This document shows positions 1 to 12,549 of a stretch of DNA of 64,000 bases, piece by piece (within the stretch, counting starts at the first letter, position 1; the number at the start of each line of letters is the position of its first letter). The notes below the pieces were generated by a model, which searched no databases, was not told the DNA's origin, and saw only the letters and a list, made by a program, of their open reading frames with translations. This DNA comes from Mobula birostris (lineage: Eukaryota). Both the position numbers and the translations under genes were made by a program. The stretch spans positions 42,870,459 through 42,934,458 of the forward strand of contig NC_092395.1 in NCBI RefSeq assembly GCF_030028105.1, written 5' to 3'.

Positions 1-200
1 ACCATGGCCTCCTTTGATCTGTGCATTATCAGGGCAGCTCCAAACAAGAAAACAAAACTGAGTCCAATTGAGGTAGTGACAGGCAACTTATGTCACTACC
101 AGAAGCTCTTGATCTCAGAGAGCAGATATACACATTATGATCAACAATCTAATTAATTATTGCATTTAATTAATTACTAAAAGTTCCTAACCAAAAGACC
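1..200 (+). mobile_element. Endogenous retrovirus integrase fragment (degenerate)
   Basis: Frame reads LCIIRAAPNKKTKLSPIEVVTG, resembling the retroviral IN 'R.tP...tglSPfEi.tG' motif; interrupted downstream by Rex1, Penelope and Tigger insertions. Confidence 0.6.
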
Positions 201-870
201 ACAATCTGTGAGAATTGGAAATAACATCTCCACCTCACTGGCGTACCTCAGGGATGTGTGCTTAGCCCACTGCTCTACTCTCTCAACACCCATGACTGTG
301 TGGCTAGACACAGCTCAAATGCCAGCTGTAAATTTGCTGGTGATACCCTCATTGCTGGTAGAACCTTGGATGGTGATGAGGAGGTGTCGCAGCAACAACC
401 TTGCTCTCAATGTCAGTAAGATCAAAGAACTGATTGTGGACTTCAGAAAAGTTAAGATGAGGGAACACACACCAGCCCTCAGAGGGATCAGAAGTGGTCC
501 CTCTTTGAAGTGATCAAGGTCCTGAGTGTTAATGTCCCTGGGGACCTAACTCACTTTCTGGCATGAGGGGGAAGGGGGTTACTACTGCACAGGATCAAAC
601 TAAGCTGCAGAGAGTTGTGAATTAGTCAGTTTCATCATGGGAAATAGCCTCTGTACTATCCAGGACGTCGTCAAGGAGCAGTGCCTCAAAAATGCAGTGT
701 CCATCATTAAGGACCCACATCACTCAGGACCTACCCTCTTCTCACTGCTACCATAAGCGAGGAAGTACAGAAGCCTGAAAGCGCACACTCACTGATTCAG
801 GAGCAGCTTCTTCCTCTCTGCCATCCGATATCTGAATGGACATTGAACCATGAACACTACCTCACTACTT
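201..870 (+). mobile_element. Rex1/Babar-like LINE, 3' RT fragment
   Basis: ORF 208-513 has NNLALNVSKIKELIVDFRK; downstream SIIKDPHHSG..LFSLL..RKYRSLKAH-type C-terminal motif; 3' tail continues after the Penelope insert. Confidence 0.8.
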
Positions 871-1727
871 CACAAACAAGAGAAAATCTGCAGATGCTGG
901 AAATCTGAGCAACACACACAAACTGCTGGAGGAACTCAGCAGGCCAGGCAGCATCTATGGAAAAAAGTACAGTTGACATTTCGGGCTGAAAACCTTCAGC
1001 AGGATTGGAGAAAAGATGTTGAAGAGTAGATTACACTACCATTCAGGATCCCAAACAGTCCTTTCAGATGAGGCAACACCACCTGTGGGTCAGTTGGGGT
1101 CATATACTGTGTTCGGTGTTCCCAGCGTGGCCTCTTGTATATTGGTGAGACCCAACATAGATTGGGAGACCACTTCGCCGAGCACCTAGGCTCCGTCCTC
1201 CAGAACAAGTGGGATCTCCCAGGGCCACCTATTTTAATTCCACTTTCCATTCCGATACGTCCATCCATGGCCTCCTCCACTGTTGGGATAAGCCAACACT
1301 TATGTTGGAGGAAAAACACCTTATATTCCATTTAGGTAGCCTCCAACCTGATGGCATGAACATCGATTTCTCAAACTTCCAGTAATGCTCCCCCCCCCTT
1401 CACCATTTCCCATCCCATCATCCCTCTCTCATGTTATCTCCTTGCCCACCCATTGCCTCCCCCTGGTGCTCCTCTCCCACCCTGGTTTTTCTTTTTTCCA
1501 TGGCCTTTTGTCTCTTTCACCAATCAACTTCCTAGCCCTTTGCTTCATCCTTTCCCCTCCAAGTTTCACCTATTGCCTGGTGCTTCTCTCTCCCCTCCCC
1601 TCACCTTCCAAATCTACTTCTCAACATTATTTTTCTCCAGTCCTGCAGAAAGCCCGAAACATTGATTGTACTTTTATCATTAGATGCTGCCTGGTCTGCT
1701 GAGTTCCTCCAGCATTTTGTGTGTGTT
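871..1727 (+). mobile_element. Penelope-like element fragment with GIY-YIG endonuclease and inverted terminal repeats
   Basis: LYIGETQHRLGDHFAEHL (GIY-YIG) near 1130-1195; 871-1010 is an inverted copy of 1640-1727; perfect 15-bp flanking direct repeat ACTACCTCACTACTT at 856-870 and 1728-1742. Confidence 0.85.
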
Positions 1728-1804
1728 ACTACCTCACTACTTATTTAATTAACTATTATATATAAATATACTTGCTGTAATTCACAGTTTTCTATTCTCT
1801 ATTA

Positions 1805-3409
1805 CAGGTATACCCCACTTTTTGAATGTTCGCTTTATGAAACCTCATTGTTATGAAAGACCTACATTAGTACCCTGTTTTCGCTTTCAGAAGGTGTTTT
1901 CACTGTTACAAAGAAAGGCAGCGCGCGATCAAAAATCAGCGCCCGATAAAAGGCAGCGCGCGCCCCGAGCAGCCGCCCTCCCCCGGATTCGGAACGGCAT
2001 TGCTTAAACACGTTGCATTGAACAGCCGTTAGCAAGATAAGTTCTAAGGTGTCGGAAAAGCCTGGAAGAGCTCATAAGGGTGTTACATTTAGCGTAAAAC
2101 TAGACATAATTAAGCGTTTTGATCGTGGTGAACAAAGTAAGGACAACGTGAGTTTGGCTTGTGGAAGCTGACGAAGATGATGTTGAAGAGGTTTTGGCAT
2201 CCCATGACCAAGAACTGATAGATGAAGAGCTGATGCAATTGGAAGAGGAAAGGATAACAATCGAAACCGAATGCAGTAGCGAAAGTGAAGCAACTACGTG
2301 AGACTTTTGCTGCAATAATAAAGTACAACTTTAATTTTGAAAGGGTACATAGGTTTAGGGGATATTTGCAGGATGGTTTGAGTGCTTACAAAGAACTGTA
2401 TGAAAGAAAAATGCGCGAGGCTCAGCAGTCAAGCAAGCCTTTCACATCAGCCAAAGCAGACGACGAACCTCAACCTTCGACATCGAGGCCGGCAGTCATA
2501 GGAGAAGATGAGCTGCCTGCCCTGATCGACGATGAGATGACACCCCCGTGCCCCACCACCCCAATCCCCGGGCCACGGACAGATACTGTACCGATTCGTG
2601 GAGAATGCAACGGTAGCCGGGAGGTACACAGCACATCTTTAAGAAAAAAGCCGAAATAAATATGCTAATTAGTTAGGTGCCGCCGACACGTAATTGTTGG
2701 CCCAGATCAGAGGCGATGCGATCGGCAATCGCTTCTGATCTGCGCCGACATTTACGTGCCGGGCAGCACCTAATTAATTAGCATGTTTATTTCGGCTTTT
2801 TTCTTAAAGATGTGCTGTGTGCCTCCCGGCTTCCGCTGCATTCTTCGCAGCAATGTATCGGTCGGCGGCCCGGAGGGTGGGGGCCACTGCATCACCCCAG
2901 CCTGCGATGACTCAGTCTAACACACCATCATCAGTGTGCTCAGCGCTGTTTTCCCAATTCCAGTAAGTGATACTACACTGCACATGCATTATTTCTACTT
3001 TATATAGGCTGTGTATTTTTACGTGTTATTTGGTAGATTTGGCAGCTTCATAGCTTAAAGGTCACTGGCGTGCGCGTTTATGCCAACAGCGCTTGCGTGA
3101 GATTTTCTGCCGAGAGCGCTTGCGTGAGATTTTCGCTATGGAGATCTGTGCAGGCAATCGTTGTAGAGAAGTATTTCTACTTTATATAGGCTGAGTATTT
3201 ATCATATCATTCCTGCTTTTACTATATGTTACTGTTATTTTAGGTTTTATGTGTTATTTGGCATGATTTGGTAGGTTATTTTTGGGTTTGCGAACACTCG
3301 CAAAATTTTCCCATATAAATAAATGGTAATTACTTCTTCGCTTTACGATATTTCGGCTTACGAACCGTTTCATAGGAACGCTCTATCTTCGGATGGCAAG
3401 GGAAACCTG
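1805..3409 (+). mobile_element. Internally deleted Tigger/pogo DNA transposon
   Basis: TA-flanked CAGGT...ACCTG termini; N-terminal KGVTFSVKLDIIKRFDRGE HTH start joined to C-terminal DVEEVLASHDQELIDEELMQLEEE / YKELYERK segments. Confidence 0.85.
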
Positions 3410-3504
3410 TATTATGTACTGCAATATACTGTTGCTGCAAAGTTTACAAATTTTGCAACATATGCTGGTGATATTAAATCTGATTCTGAAGTTGTTTAGT
3501 CCCT

Positions 3505-3720
3505 TTTCTCAACAGGTTTCTGCAGCTTGGAGTGGTCCATTGAAAGGAGGACACTCCTTGATTCCTGGCAAGTGGGTCCTGGTCAAGAAACCACATAAGG
3601 AACCCCTGGGAACTTGGTGGGAAATTCCTTACCAAGTACTGGTAATTACCAATTCAGCAGTTAAGGTAGAAGGTAAAAGCAAGTGGACACACACCAGCCA
3701 GTGCAAGCGACTCCAGATTA
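3505..3720 (+). mobile_element. ERV integrase C-terminal fragment; PPT (3948-3957) and probable LTR start at 3958
   Basis: PGKWVLVKK...WEIPYQVLVITNSAVKVEGKSKWTHTSQCKR matches the retroviral IN C-terminus; AAAAGGGGAC followed by TGTTG. Confidence 0.75.
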
Positions 3721-4609
3721 AGACAAGAACTGTGGGAGGACTTCAAATACAAGTACTATTATTGGACATTGTGGAATTTATTTGAATACTTATTGTAATT
3801 ATATTTTTTCCTGTTGCCCTTATTTATGATGCAGTACTATAAATGCTTTTAAGAAGTAGTTTTTGATTAGTCTGTAATGTAGATACCATAAGATTTTTCC
3901 ACCTTTGAATTTTCAGATGTGATTCTGCCAGGTTCCTTTATAGAATCAAAAGGGGACTGTTGAAAACCACTGTTTTTTTTAATAATACTTTTAATAAGAT
4001 ATTAGATGAATCATTTGTCCTTTACTAAAATTATAGTTTAATTATTTGTACTTTTTAACAAACTCATGTATTTTTCACAGTATGTGGTAGTTATTAAACC
4101 AATTTCCCCCGGGATCAATAAAGTATGACTATGACTATTTGTTGCCACTTACTGGCAGAAAGTGGTATAGCAGTTAAACGGAGGGTTTATCACCGTTCTC
4201 ATTTTTCATTGGCTAAGTATCAGCACATTACCCACGCGATATATTTGTGCAACCACTGATTACTTTATTTTTATCTGAGAAATTTTTCTTATCTCGATTA
4301 TAAAGGTGATGGATTTTTCAGAGATGCCTTCTTTTTATGTTCCCTTTTTTGCTTTTCATCTATCTCTGCTTTGCTTCTCAGCTTTTTTCATTTTATATAA
4401 TTATTAAAAAATTGGTATCTTTTTATATTTTGTATTAGTTTACTTCCATAATATATTTACCCTTTCCTTATTGCTTACCCAATAGTTCTTTGTTGCTTCT
4501 AAAATTTTCCCAATCTTCCAGTTCCCACTAATCTTGGCGACTTTGTACGCCTGAGCTTTTAGTGCAATTATATAAAACGTTAGCTCGGCAACACTTGGAG
4601 CATTGTGTA

Positions 4610-4790
4610 CAATTCCGTTTGCTCCATTACAGAAAGATATAGAGGCTTTGGAAAGGGTACGGAAGAATTTTACCAGGATGCTGCAGGGGTCAAAGGGTAT
4701 GAGATACAAACAGAGGTTGTACAAACTTGAATTGTTTTATCTGGAGCATTGGAGTCCCTACAGAAGTTTATAAAATTATAAGACACATAG
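4610..4790 (+). mobile_element. CR1 LINE fragment
   Basis: DIEALERVRKNFTRMLQG...YKQRLYKLELFYLE is a typical CR1 ORF2 3' segment. Confidence 0.7.
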
Positions 4791-4854
4791 ATAGTGTTAT
4801 GTTTTGTAATTTTCAAAACGTTAAACTAATTGAAAGGAAAACAAGGAGCTGGGA

Positions 4855-6117
4855 ATAACTGTACTGTAGTGTATAATACAACCAATATGTAGACATTCAA
4901 TAACAGTACTGTACAATATAATACAATCATTATGTTGACATACTGTACTATATAACTGTACTATATAAAACAACCATTATGTAGACATTCAATAACTGTA
5001 CTGTACTATATAATACAATCATTATATAGACATACTGTACTGTACTGTATAACTATACTATATAATACAACCATAATGTTGACATACTGTACTGTACTAT
5101 ATAACTGTACTATATAATACAACCATTATGTAGACATTCAATAACTGTACTGTACTATATAATACAATCATTATGTAATGTTACGTAAACAGCAACAGTG
5201 AATATCAATCGAGACAGGTTATATAAAAACAACCAAAAATTTATTAAACACGTATAAACGATAAGGGAAAAAAAAACAAAGGAAAACTTTAACTGGAAAT
5301 TAACAGATATGCAGCCGTTCACCAACTCGCCACTCGGCTCTGGTTCTTAAAGCGTTAAATGCGAAAACAGTTCTTAAAGCGATACAGTCAGATATAGTTC
5401 TTAAAGCCATAACTTCGAAAGTCCAACAGTCTTACACATTCAATTGGGAGAAGCTTCTCTGGAGAAGGATTTCTTCACAGATGCACCTTTACTGCTGGTT
5501 CTGTCCACAGGATTCACGATGCCGAAAATAAACAGTTTAAATCGACTGACCTTAAATTCCTTTAGAGAGAGAGAGCACCTTTTCGTATGAACTCCTTGCT
5601 CTTTCTGGCAAGAGTTATCTCGATCTAGTTACTCCTCCAATGAAGACTCAATAAGGTCGATTCTTTATTAAACTGCCAAACGATGCTGTCTTCTCTCGAT
5701 CCTTTGATAAATTCTTCACTCTCCCTTCAACTGTTGGAATTGAGTAAATTGGCACATCCAGCCACAAGTTTCCAGTCCAAATAATATGGAATCTTTCAAC
5801 AGAGCGCACAACCGTTTTAAAAAATGAAACGGTGTCACAAAAACAAATGCAACAGAAACGGAGGCACAGCACGTTCTACCTGGAAATCTACAAACTTAAA
5901 AACCCCACTGCGTCACCTGAGTCGACCCTTATATAGTCACGGAGCACATGTCATCACGTGACCTCACATCGGCAGGAAAATCACTTCAGGTGACCTCCAA
6001 AAGACCATTACAGCATTCTCCCAAAAAAACAGATCTCCTTGAGCATGTAACAGTAGACATACTGTACTGTACTATATAACTGTACTATACAATACAACCA
6101 TTATGTAGACATTCAAA
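4855..6117. repeat. ~40-45 bp AT-rich minisatellite (ACTGTACTGTACTATATAATACAACCATTATGTAGACATTCAATA), split by a solo LTR
   Basis: Tandem copies at 4855-5178 resume at 6053-6117. Confidence 0.85.
5179..6052. mobile_element. Solo LTR
   Basis: TGTTAC...GTAACA inverted termini; 4-bp flanks GTAA/GTAG (one mismatch) inside the minisatellite. Confidence 0.75.
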
Positions 6118-6359
6118 GCATAGTAGATTTTAAATTTTTCCAGTCAGGCCTGAAGATTTACTCGCTTTCTTACTCTTGTGGGATAACATCTTTCCTGACA
6201 AGGGCGGTCACTCTGCTTGGCAGGTGAGAATTACAGATGTGAAAACACTCTCCGGTTCTGGGGCCTCCTCCGTGGTGGTTGCAGGAGTTGACTCTGGGAA
6301 TGCAGGAAGTGGTTCTGACGGCTCCGGACACCTTCCTCCTATTCTTGGCTTTTCTCTCC

Positions 6360-7030
6360 GGATCTACTCTCCTTTTCAACATGTTACTTTTCTTTTTCTT
6401 CCTTTCTCTTCTTCTAGTTTCTTATGAGTATCTCTGAATTCACTTATTTCTCAAGAAATTGGGTCTCATTTATCCTCTTCTGTTTCCACAGCACTGGTAT
6501 CATCCTCCTTTTGTCTTTTTGTGCATCTTGATCTTGGGAAGGTGCATTTAGTTCACTGGAGTATTCTAGCGCTTCCTTTATGATCTGAACTCTTCTCTTG
6601 TTTTCCTCATTCAAAACATCATCTGACAAATCCTCTGTTTTTGTATCTCCATTGACTCATTTCTTTTTGGCCCTCCATATATGCAGATGGGCCTTTGTTT
6701 TTGCAGTCTACTATTACAAGCAGCTTTTTATCTCTCATTTGAAGTTCATGTAATAACATTAATGCACGCAGAGTAGATTCTGGTTCTTTATACTCACAAA
6801 AACCAAATGCTTGCAACTTTCCTGAAGCTTATTGATCTCTCTTCCAGCTTAAAACCAAGCCACATTTTGCAAGTAACTGCCTGTTTAACATATAAGAAGC
6901 TTTCTCAGATATGTTGCCAACAAAAACTGTTGTAGTTGGAGTACTGCTTTTGTCACTTTCATGATTCCCTGACCAAAATGGACCTTCCTTGGTCCAATAT
7001 GCTTTCCAACCAGAGGCACAAAGGTTGGCA
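6360..7030 (-). pseudogene. RBM25: RBM25 processed pseudogene (5' part including RRM)
   Basis: Contiguous fragments with no intervening introns: VGKHIGPRK, QAFGFCEYKEPESTLRAL.LLHELQ..KKLLV, EYSSELNAPSQ, FRDTHKKLEEEKG; several frameshifts and stops. Confidence 0.9.
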
Positions 7031-7194
7031 GCAACACCTGTTTACCCTCTTTTGGTGTACAGCATGGAGACAGTTGAGGCATCATCCACTACCTTTCTTA
7101 ATTTGATATTTCAGTTGATTCTATTACAGGGAAGTGGCATGCTAATGGTGGCTGGATCTCCAATCAAGTTGTGGCTGCTTCAGCCACTTACTAC

Positions 7195-7930
7195 AGTAAC
7201 AGTCCAAGTCAAGGCTCCGAGTCCCAGTCCAAGACAAGGCTTCATGTCCAGTCAAGGCTTTGTGTCCAGTCAGGTGATTGCCAGCCATTTGCAGCTTCAT
7301 GAGTTTCTCCGTGTCAAGATACATATTGTCTGTTATTGTTTGGTTTAGTCGTCTCATTTCCAGCTGAGTAGGTCTGGTCGTTTGCCACTTCTCTGAGTTT
7401 GGAATTCTGTCTCTTCATGACCCAGTCCAAGTCCAGGCTCTGTGTTCCAGTCAAGTCCAAGTCCTGGCTCCGAGTCCAAGTCAAGTCCATGTCCATCTCC
7501 GTGTCAAGTCTCCGTGCCTGTGTCCTGCACTTGGGTCTGCTTCCTCAGCTGCCCATTGCAACAGGAAGAACCTGAGTCTCCCCAGAAGAGCGAGAGGGAC
7601 GTATGAAGCAGAAGTGTTGCTGGTACTGTGGTAAAGCTGGCCACTTCTGAGTCACCTGCCCCTGGTTGTTGGGAAAACTCCAACGGCTGTCCAGTGACTG
7701 GAAGTCTCTTACTCTCAAGACTCTCTTCCATTTTGTCAAGTCCTGGAATGATTTTACTATTCCTATTATCTTGTGGGAGACATCAATATTCTGTGAGAAC
7801 CTTGAAACACTTTGGTTCAGCAGGGAATTTTTTTGGACATCAGATTGGCAGAGAGAATCCAAATTCCTAAGGTACCCTAGACCATCCTATCTGTGCTACG
7901 GCCCTGGATGGTAGACTACTGGAACATGCA
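7195..7930 (+). mobile_element. Gypsy LTR end plus gag zinc-knuckle fragment
   Basis: LTR-like block ends ...CCCATTGCAACA at 7562 (resembling the LTR family at 46851 and 58605), followed by a CWYCGKAGHF..CP knuckle. Confidence 0.6.
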
Positions 7931-7989
7931 CACATCCTTCATCTTTCTGCTTTCTCAAGTTGACTATCGGAATTGTTTCCATCTTATTG

Positions 7990-10170
7990 ATTCTCCAGTC
8001 ATTCCTTTAATAAGATATAGAAGCAGAATTAGGCCATATGACCCACCAATTCTGCCCTGCCATTTCATCATGACAGATCCATTTTCCTTCTCAACCCCAA
8101 TCTCCTGGGTTCTCCCCGTATCCTTTCATGTCCTGATTAATCAATAATCTATCAACCTCTGCCTTAAATATACCAACTGACTTGGCCCCCACAGCCACCT
8201 CTGGTAATGAATTCCACAGATTCACCACTCTCTGGCTAAAGAAATTCCTCCTAATCTTCATTCTAAAAGGATGCTCCTCTATTTTGTGGCTGTGTTTTCT
8301 GGTCTTAGACTCTCCCATCATAGGGAACATCCTCTCCACATTAACTCTATTGAGGTCTTTCAATATTCAATAGGTTTCAATGAAGTCACCCCTCATTCTT
8401 CTGAATTCCAATGAGCAGAGGCCCAGAGCCATTAAACTTCCTCATATGACGAGCCTTTCAATCCTGGAATAATTTTTGTGAACCTCATTTGAACCCTCTC
8501 CAATGTCAGCACATCTGTTAGATAAGGGGCCCGAAACTGCTCATAATACTCCAAGTGAGGCCTCACCAGTCTTTTATAAAGCCTTAGCATTACATTCTTG
8601 CTTTTGTATTCTGATCCTCTCAAAATGAATGCTAACATCACATTTGTCTTCTTCATCACTGACTCAACTTGCAAATTTGCCTTTAGGGAATCCTGCACGA
8701 AGATTCCCAAGTCCTTTTGCACCTCAGGTTTCTGAAAATTTTCTCCATTTAGCAAATAGTCTACCTTTTCATTTCTTCTACCAAAGCGCATGATCAGACA
8801 CTTCCTGAAATTTATTCCGTCTGCCACTTTGCCCATTCTCCTAATCTGTCTAAGTCCTCTTGTAGCCTTTCTGCTACCTCAAAACCATCTGCCCTCCACC
8901 TATTTTCATATTGTCTGCAAAGCTGGACACAAAACCATCAATTCCAGCATCCAAGTCATTGGCATATAATGTAAAAAGAAGTGGTCCCAACAAGACTCCC
9001 GTGGAACACCACAAGTCTCCGGCAGCCAACTAGAAAAGGCTCCCTTTATTTCCACTCTTTGCCTCTTGCCAATCAGTCAATGCTATACCCATTCTAGTAT
9101 CTTTCCTGTAATACCATGGGCTATTAACTTGTTAAGCAGCCTCATGTGTGGCACCTTGTTAAAGGTCTTCTAAAAATCCAAGTACGCAACATAAACTGAA
9201 TCTCTTTTCTCTATCCTGCTTGTTATTTCTTCAAAGAATTCTAACAGATTTGTCAGGAAAGATTTTTCCTTGAGGAAACCATGCTGACTACGGCCTATGT
9301 TATCATGTGCCTCCAAGTACCCTGAGCCCTCATCCATAATAGTCGACTCCAATATCTTCCCAATCACTGAGGTCAGAATAACTGGCCTATAATTTCCTTT
9401 CTTCTGCCTTCCTCCCTTCTTGAAGAGTGGAATGACATTCGCAATTTTCCATTCCTCTGGTACCATTCCAGAATCAATTGATTCTTGAAAGGTCACTACA
9501 AATTCCTCAACAATCTCTTCAGCTACCTCTTTCAGAATCCTGGGTTGTAGACCATCTGGTCCAGGTGACTTATCTACCTTCAGACCTTTCAGTTTCCCAA
9601 GAATCTTCTCCCTAGTAATGACAAGCTTACACACTTCTGCTGCATGACTCACATGAAGTTCTTGCACACTGCTAGTGTCTTCCACAGTGAAGGCTGATGC
9701 AAAATACTTATTCAATTCATCTGCCATTTCCTTGTCCCCCATTATGACCTCACCAGCATAGTTTTCCAGCAGTTCAATATTTTCTCTTGTCTCTCTCTTG
9801 AACTTTATTTATCAGAAGATTGGTTTGGATTACTTTGTATTCCATTTTTTTTATTTTATGACCTTTTTAGTTGCTTTCTGTTGGTTTTAAAAAGCTTCCC
9901 AATCCTCTAACTTCCCACTAACCTTTGCTCTACAATATGCTCTCTTTGGCTTTTATGTTGGCTTTGACTTCTCTTGTCAGCCATTGTTGTGTCATCCTGT
10001 CTTTAGAATGCTTCTTCCTCTTTGGGATGTATTTATCCTGCAACTTCCGAATTGCTCCAGAAAGTCTAACCATTGCTGCTCTGCCGTCATCTCTGCCAGT
10101 GTTCTTCTCCTGCCCATTTTGGCCAGCTCCTCTCTCATGCCTCTGTACTTCCCTTCACTCCACTGTAATA
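7990..10170 (-). mobile_element. CR1 LINE fragments (EN-RT linker, RT C-terminus, 3' UTR)
   Basis: ORFs 9170-9742 (KSPGPDGLQPRILKE, NYRPVILTSVIGKILE, YLDF), 8432-8836 (LVRPHLEYYEQF) and 8091-8363 (RNFFSQRVVNLWNSLP). Confidence 0.9.
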
Positions 10171-10715
10171 CTAGTGCATAAATATATAAACAGATAGATA
10201 CATAAGTAACTAAATAAACACATAAATAAATAGATTGATAGACAGGTTATAGGTAACAGCGCTGTTGGCCCACCTCTGTATCACAAAGGTGACAGTGCAT
10301 TTCTCAGGAGACAGAGCTCCAGGAAACAAACACACACAACCAGGTTTCTTTACTTTTAGAAACGAGGGAGGTGAGGTCAGTACTGGCCATTCCAGGGGGG
10401 AATTCACATTTGAGTATCATCATCCTTCTACCAAACTCTTAGTGCTCCCACTCTACCACATCTGTACTGACCACATTACAATTCACATGTCTCTGTGGAA
10501 ATACGGGTTCAGTAACATTGATAAATTGCACCTTGGACAGAAAACCTGCCAATTCAGTCTTGCTTTAGAGTCTAGCAAGCCAGGACCAGAAAAGTTTACT
10601 TTACACAAGGGAAGGATATGCTTGATTTTGAAATTGACAAAGTTATGAATTGTGAGCATATTTAGTGAAGGAAGGTCTTAAATATCTTGGTATGGTTATG
10701 ACTAAGGAGGGAACT

Positions 10716-10980
10716 GTGGAAGACATTGTGATGAATGTTAAGGGGTTAATGACCTTCTTCTAGTATGTGAATTCAAAGTCTGTAATCACTTATCTGCGAC
10801 TAATGTACACTGTGTGACTGAAATGTGCTTTGCAGATGGGATGGGAAAATAACTATGTCTGTGCTACCTTGTTCTAAGAATCATCACATGTCTGCCCTTG
10901 GGAAAGCCTGATATACTGTCCTGAGAACCAACACTTAAGAAAATGTATAACTTCTCAAGGACATAGCGTGCAACTTCGCA
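10716..10980 (+). mobile_element. Possible LTR fragment preceded by a polypurine tract
   Basis: AAGGAGGGAAC followed by TGTGGAAG...; no partner LTR seen. Confidence 0.35.
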
Positions 10981-10989
10981 ACTTCGCTA

Positions 10990-12545
10990 TTCTTTTTTTT
11001 GTAATTTATTTTTTATTGAATTTCTTCATCAAACATTTCCATAAGATGTATTTCAGATACTGTACATATATATCATATATCATATGTCACAAATCTCCAC
11101 ATAATATTTATCAGAGGTATACACTTACAGAAAGGAGAAGAAAGAAAGAACAATCAAAAGAAGAAAACTATGTACATAGTAGAGAGTGATCTTTTTTTTT
11201 ACAACATATTCATTGATTTGTGAGAATAAAATCAGGCCTATGAGGTGTTATGTAGTTAAACCATTTTTTCCAGTATGAATAAAATTGTTCCAACTTATGA
11301 TTAACAGATGCTGTTATCTTCTCCATTTTGTAAATGTCCATAGTAATTTCCATCCATACGTTTAAAGTTGGCTCTCCTGTGATAACCATTTCCTGGCAAG
11401 GGTCTTTTTACCAGCCACCAGCAGTACATTCATTAAATATTTATCTCTTTTCAACCATTCTTGATGTATATACCCAAAATATATGGTCTTACTCTCTAAG
11501 GGTATTCCACATTTAAAGATGTCTTGTAGGGCATTGTGTATCTCACTCCAATAGTCTTTGATAATGGGGCATTCCCAGAAAATATGATAATGGTTTGCAT
11601 TTTGATTTCCACAATTTCTCCAGCAAACAGGGGGGTTATTATCATAATGGGATTTCTGAGAGGGTGTAATAAAATATCTTAACAAGTTTTTCCACCCGAA
11701 CTCCCTTCATTTCTGTGAACTGGTACACTTCCATTGATACCTCCATATTATTGTCCATTTTTCCTCAGATATAATTATCCCTCCTTCCTTCTCCCATTTT
11801 GTTTTAATGAATGAAGTTGAATGTGTTTTAAGATTTGACAAATGCGCTTGAAATGATTTTACTACCGTTGTCTGAATTATATGCTTTTCTAAACAGCTCT
11901 ATTAGACATGTACTTGCCTTGGTTACATTTTTAACTGGCCTGTTAACATACTGTCTCATCTGTAAATACCAGTAAAAGTCTTGTTTTTCTAATAAGTGTT
12001 TCTCTTTGAGCATTTCAAAACTGAACAGTGTTCCTTCTTTCATTATATTGCAAATAGCTGTTATTCCTTTAGCTGTCCAGTCCTTAAATCTAGCATCCAG
12101 TTTATTCAGTGTAAAATCCGAGTCATATGCACACCATTTAAGAATTGCAATGTCTCTCTCTAGTTTATATTCTTTTATAATAGTTTACCATATTTTAAGA
12201 GTCCATTTCACCCACGGGTTGTCAATATTATTTATGTAACTTTGTAGGTTGTTATCAGCCAAAATTGCCTGTATGGGGATGGAAAGTATCCTCTCCTCAA
12301 TGTTTTTCCACTGAGCGTCATATGATGGGTTGCACCAGCATATCACAGCTCTCAGCTGACCTGCACAATAATAATCTCTAAGAGAAGGTAGGCCCTATCC
12401 CCCCTTTCCCTTGGCGAATTGCAAAGTTTTGAGACAAACCCTAGGCCTTTTACCTTGCCATATATATCTTGATAGCATCTTGTTCCATTCATTGAATTGA
12501 TTTTGGTTAGCCTCTTTTTTATCCATTACTTCCTTTCCTGTATTG
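10990..12545 (-). mobile_element. L1/Tx1-clade LINE, 3' part of ORF2
   Basis: CWRNCGNQNANHYHIFWECP zinc-knuckle; KQDFYWYLQMRQY; poly(A)-like 3' tail near 10990. Confidence 0.85.
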
Positions 12546-12549
12546 AATT

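Noticed and set aside
10265-10648. 127-aa ORF
   Set aside because: No recognisable motif, start context or splice structure; lies among TE debris.
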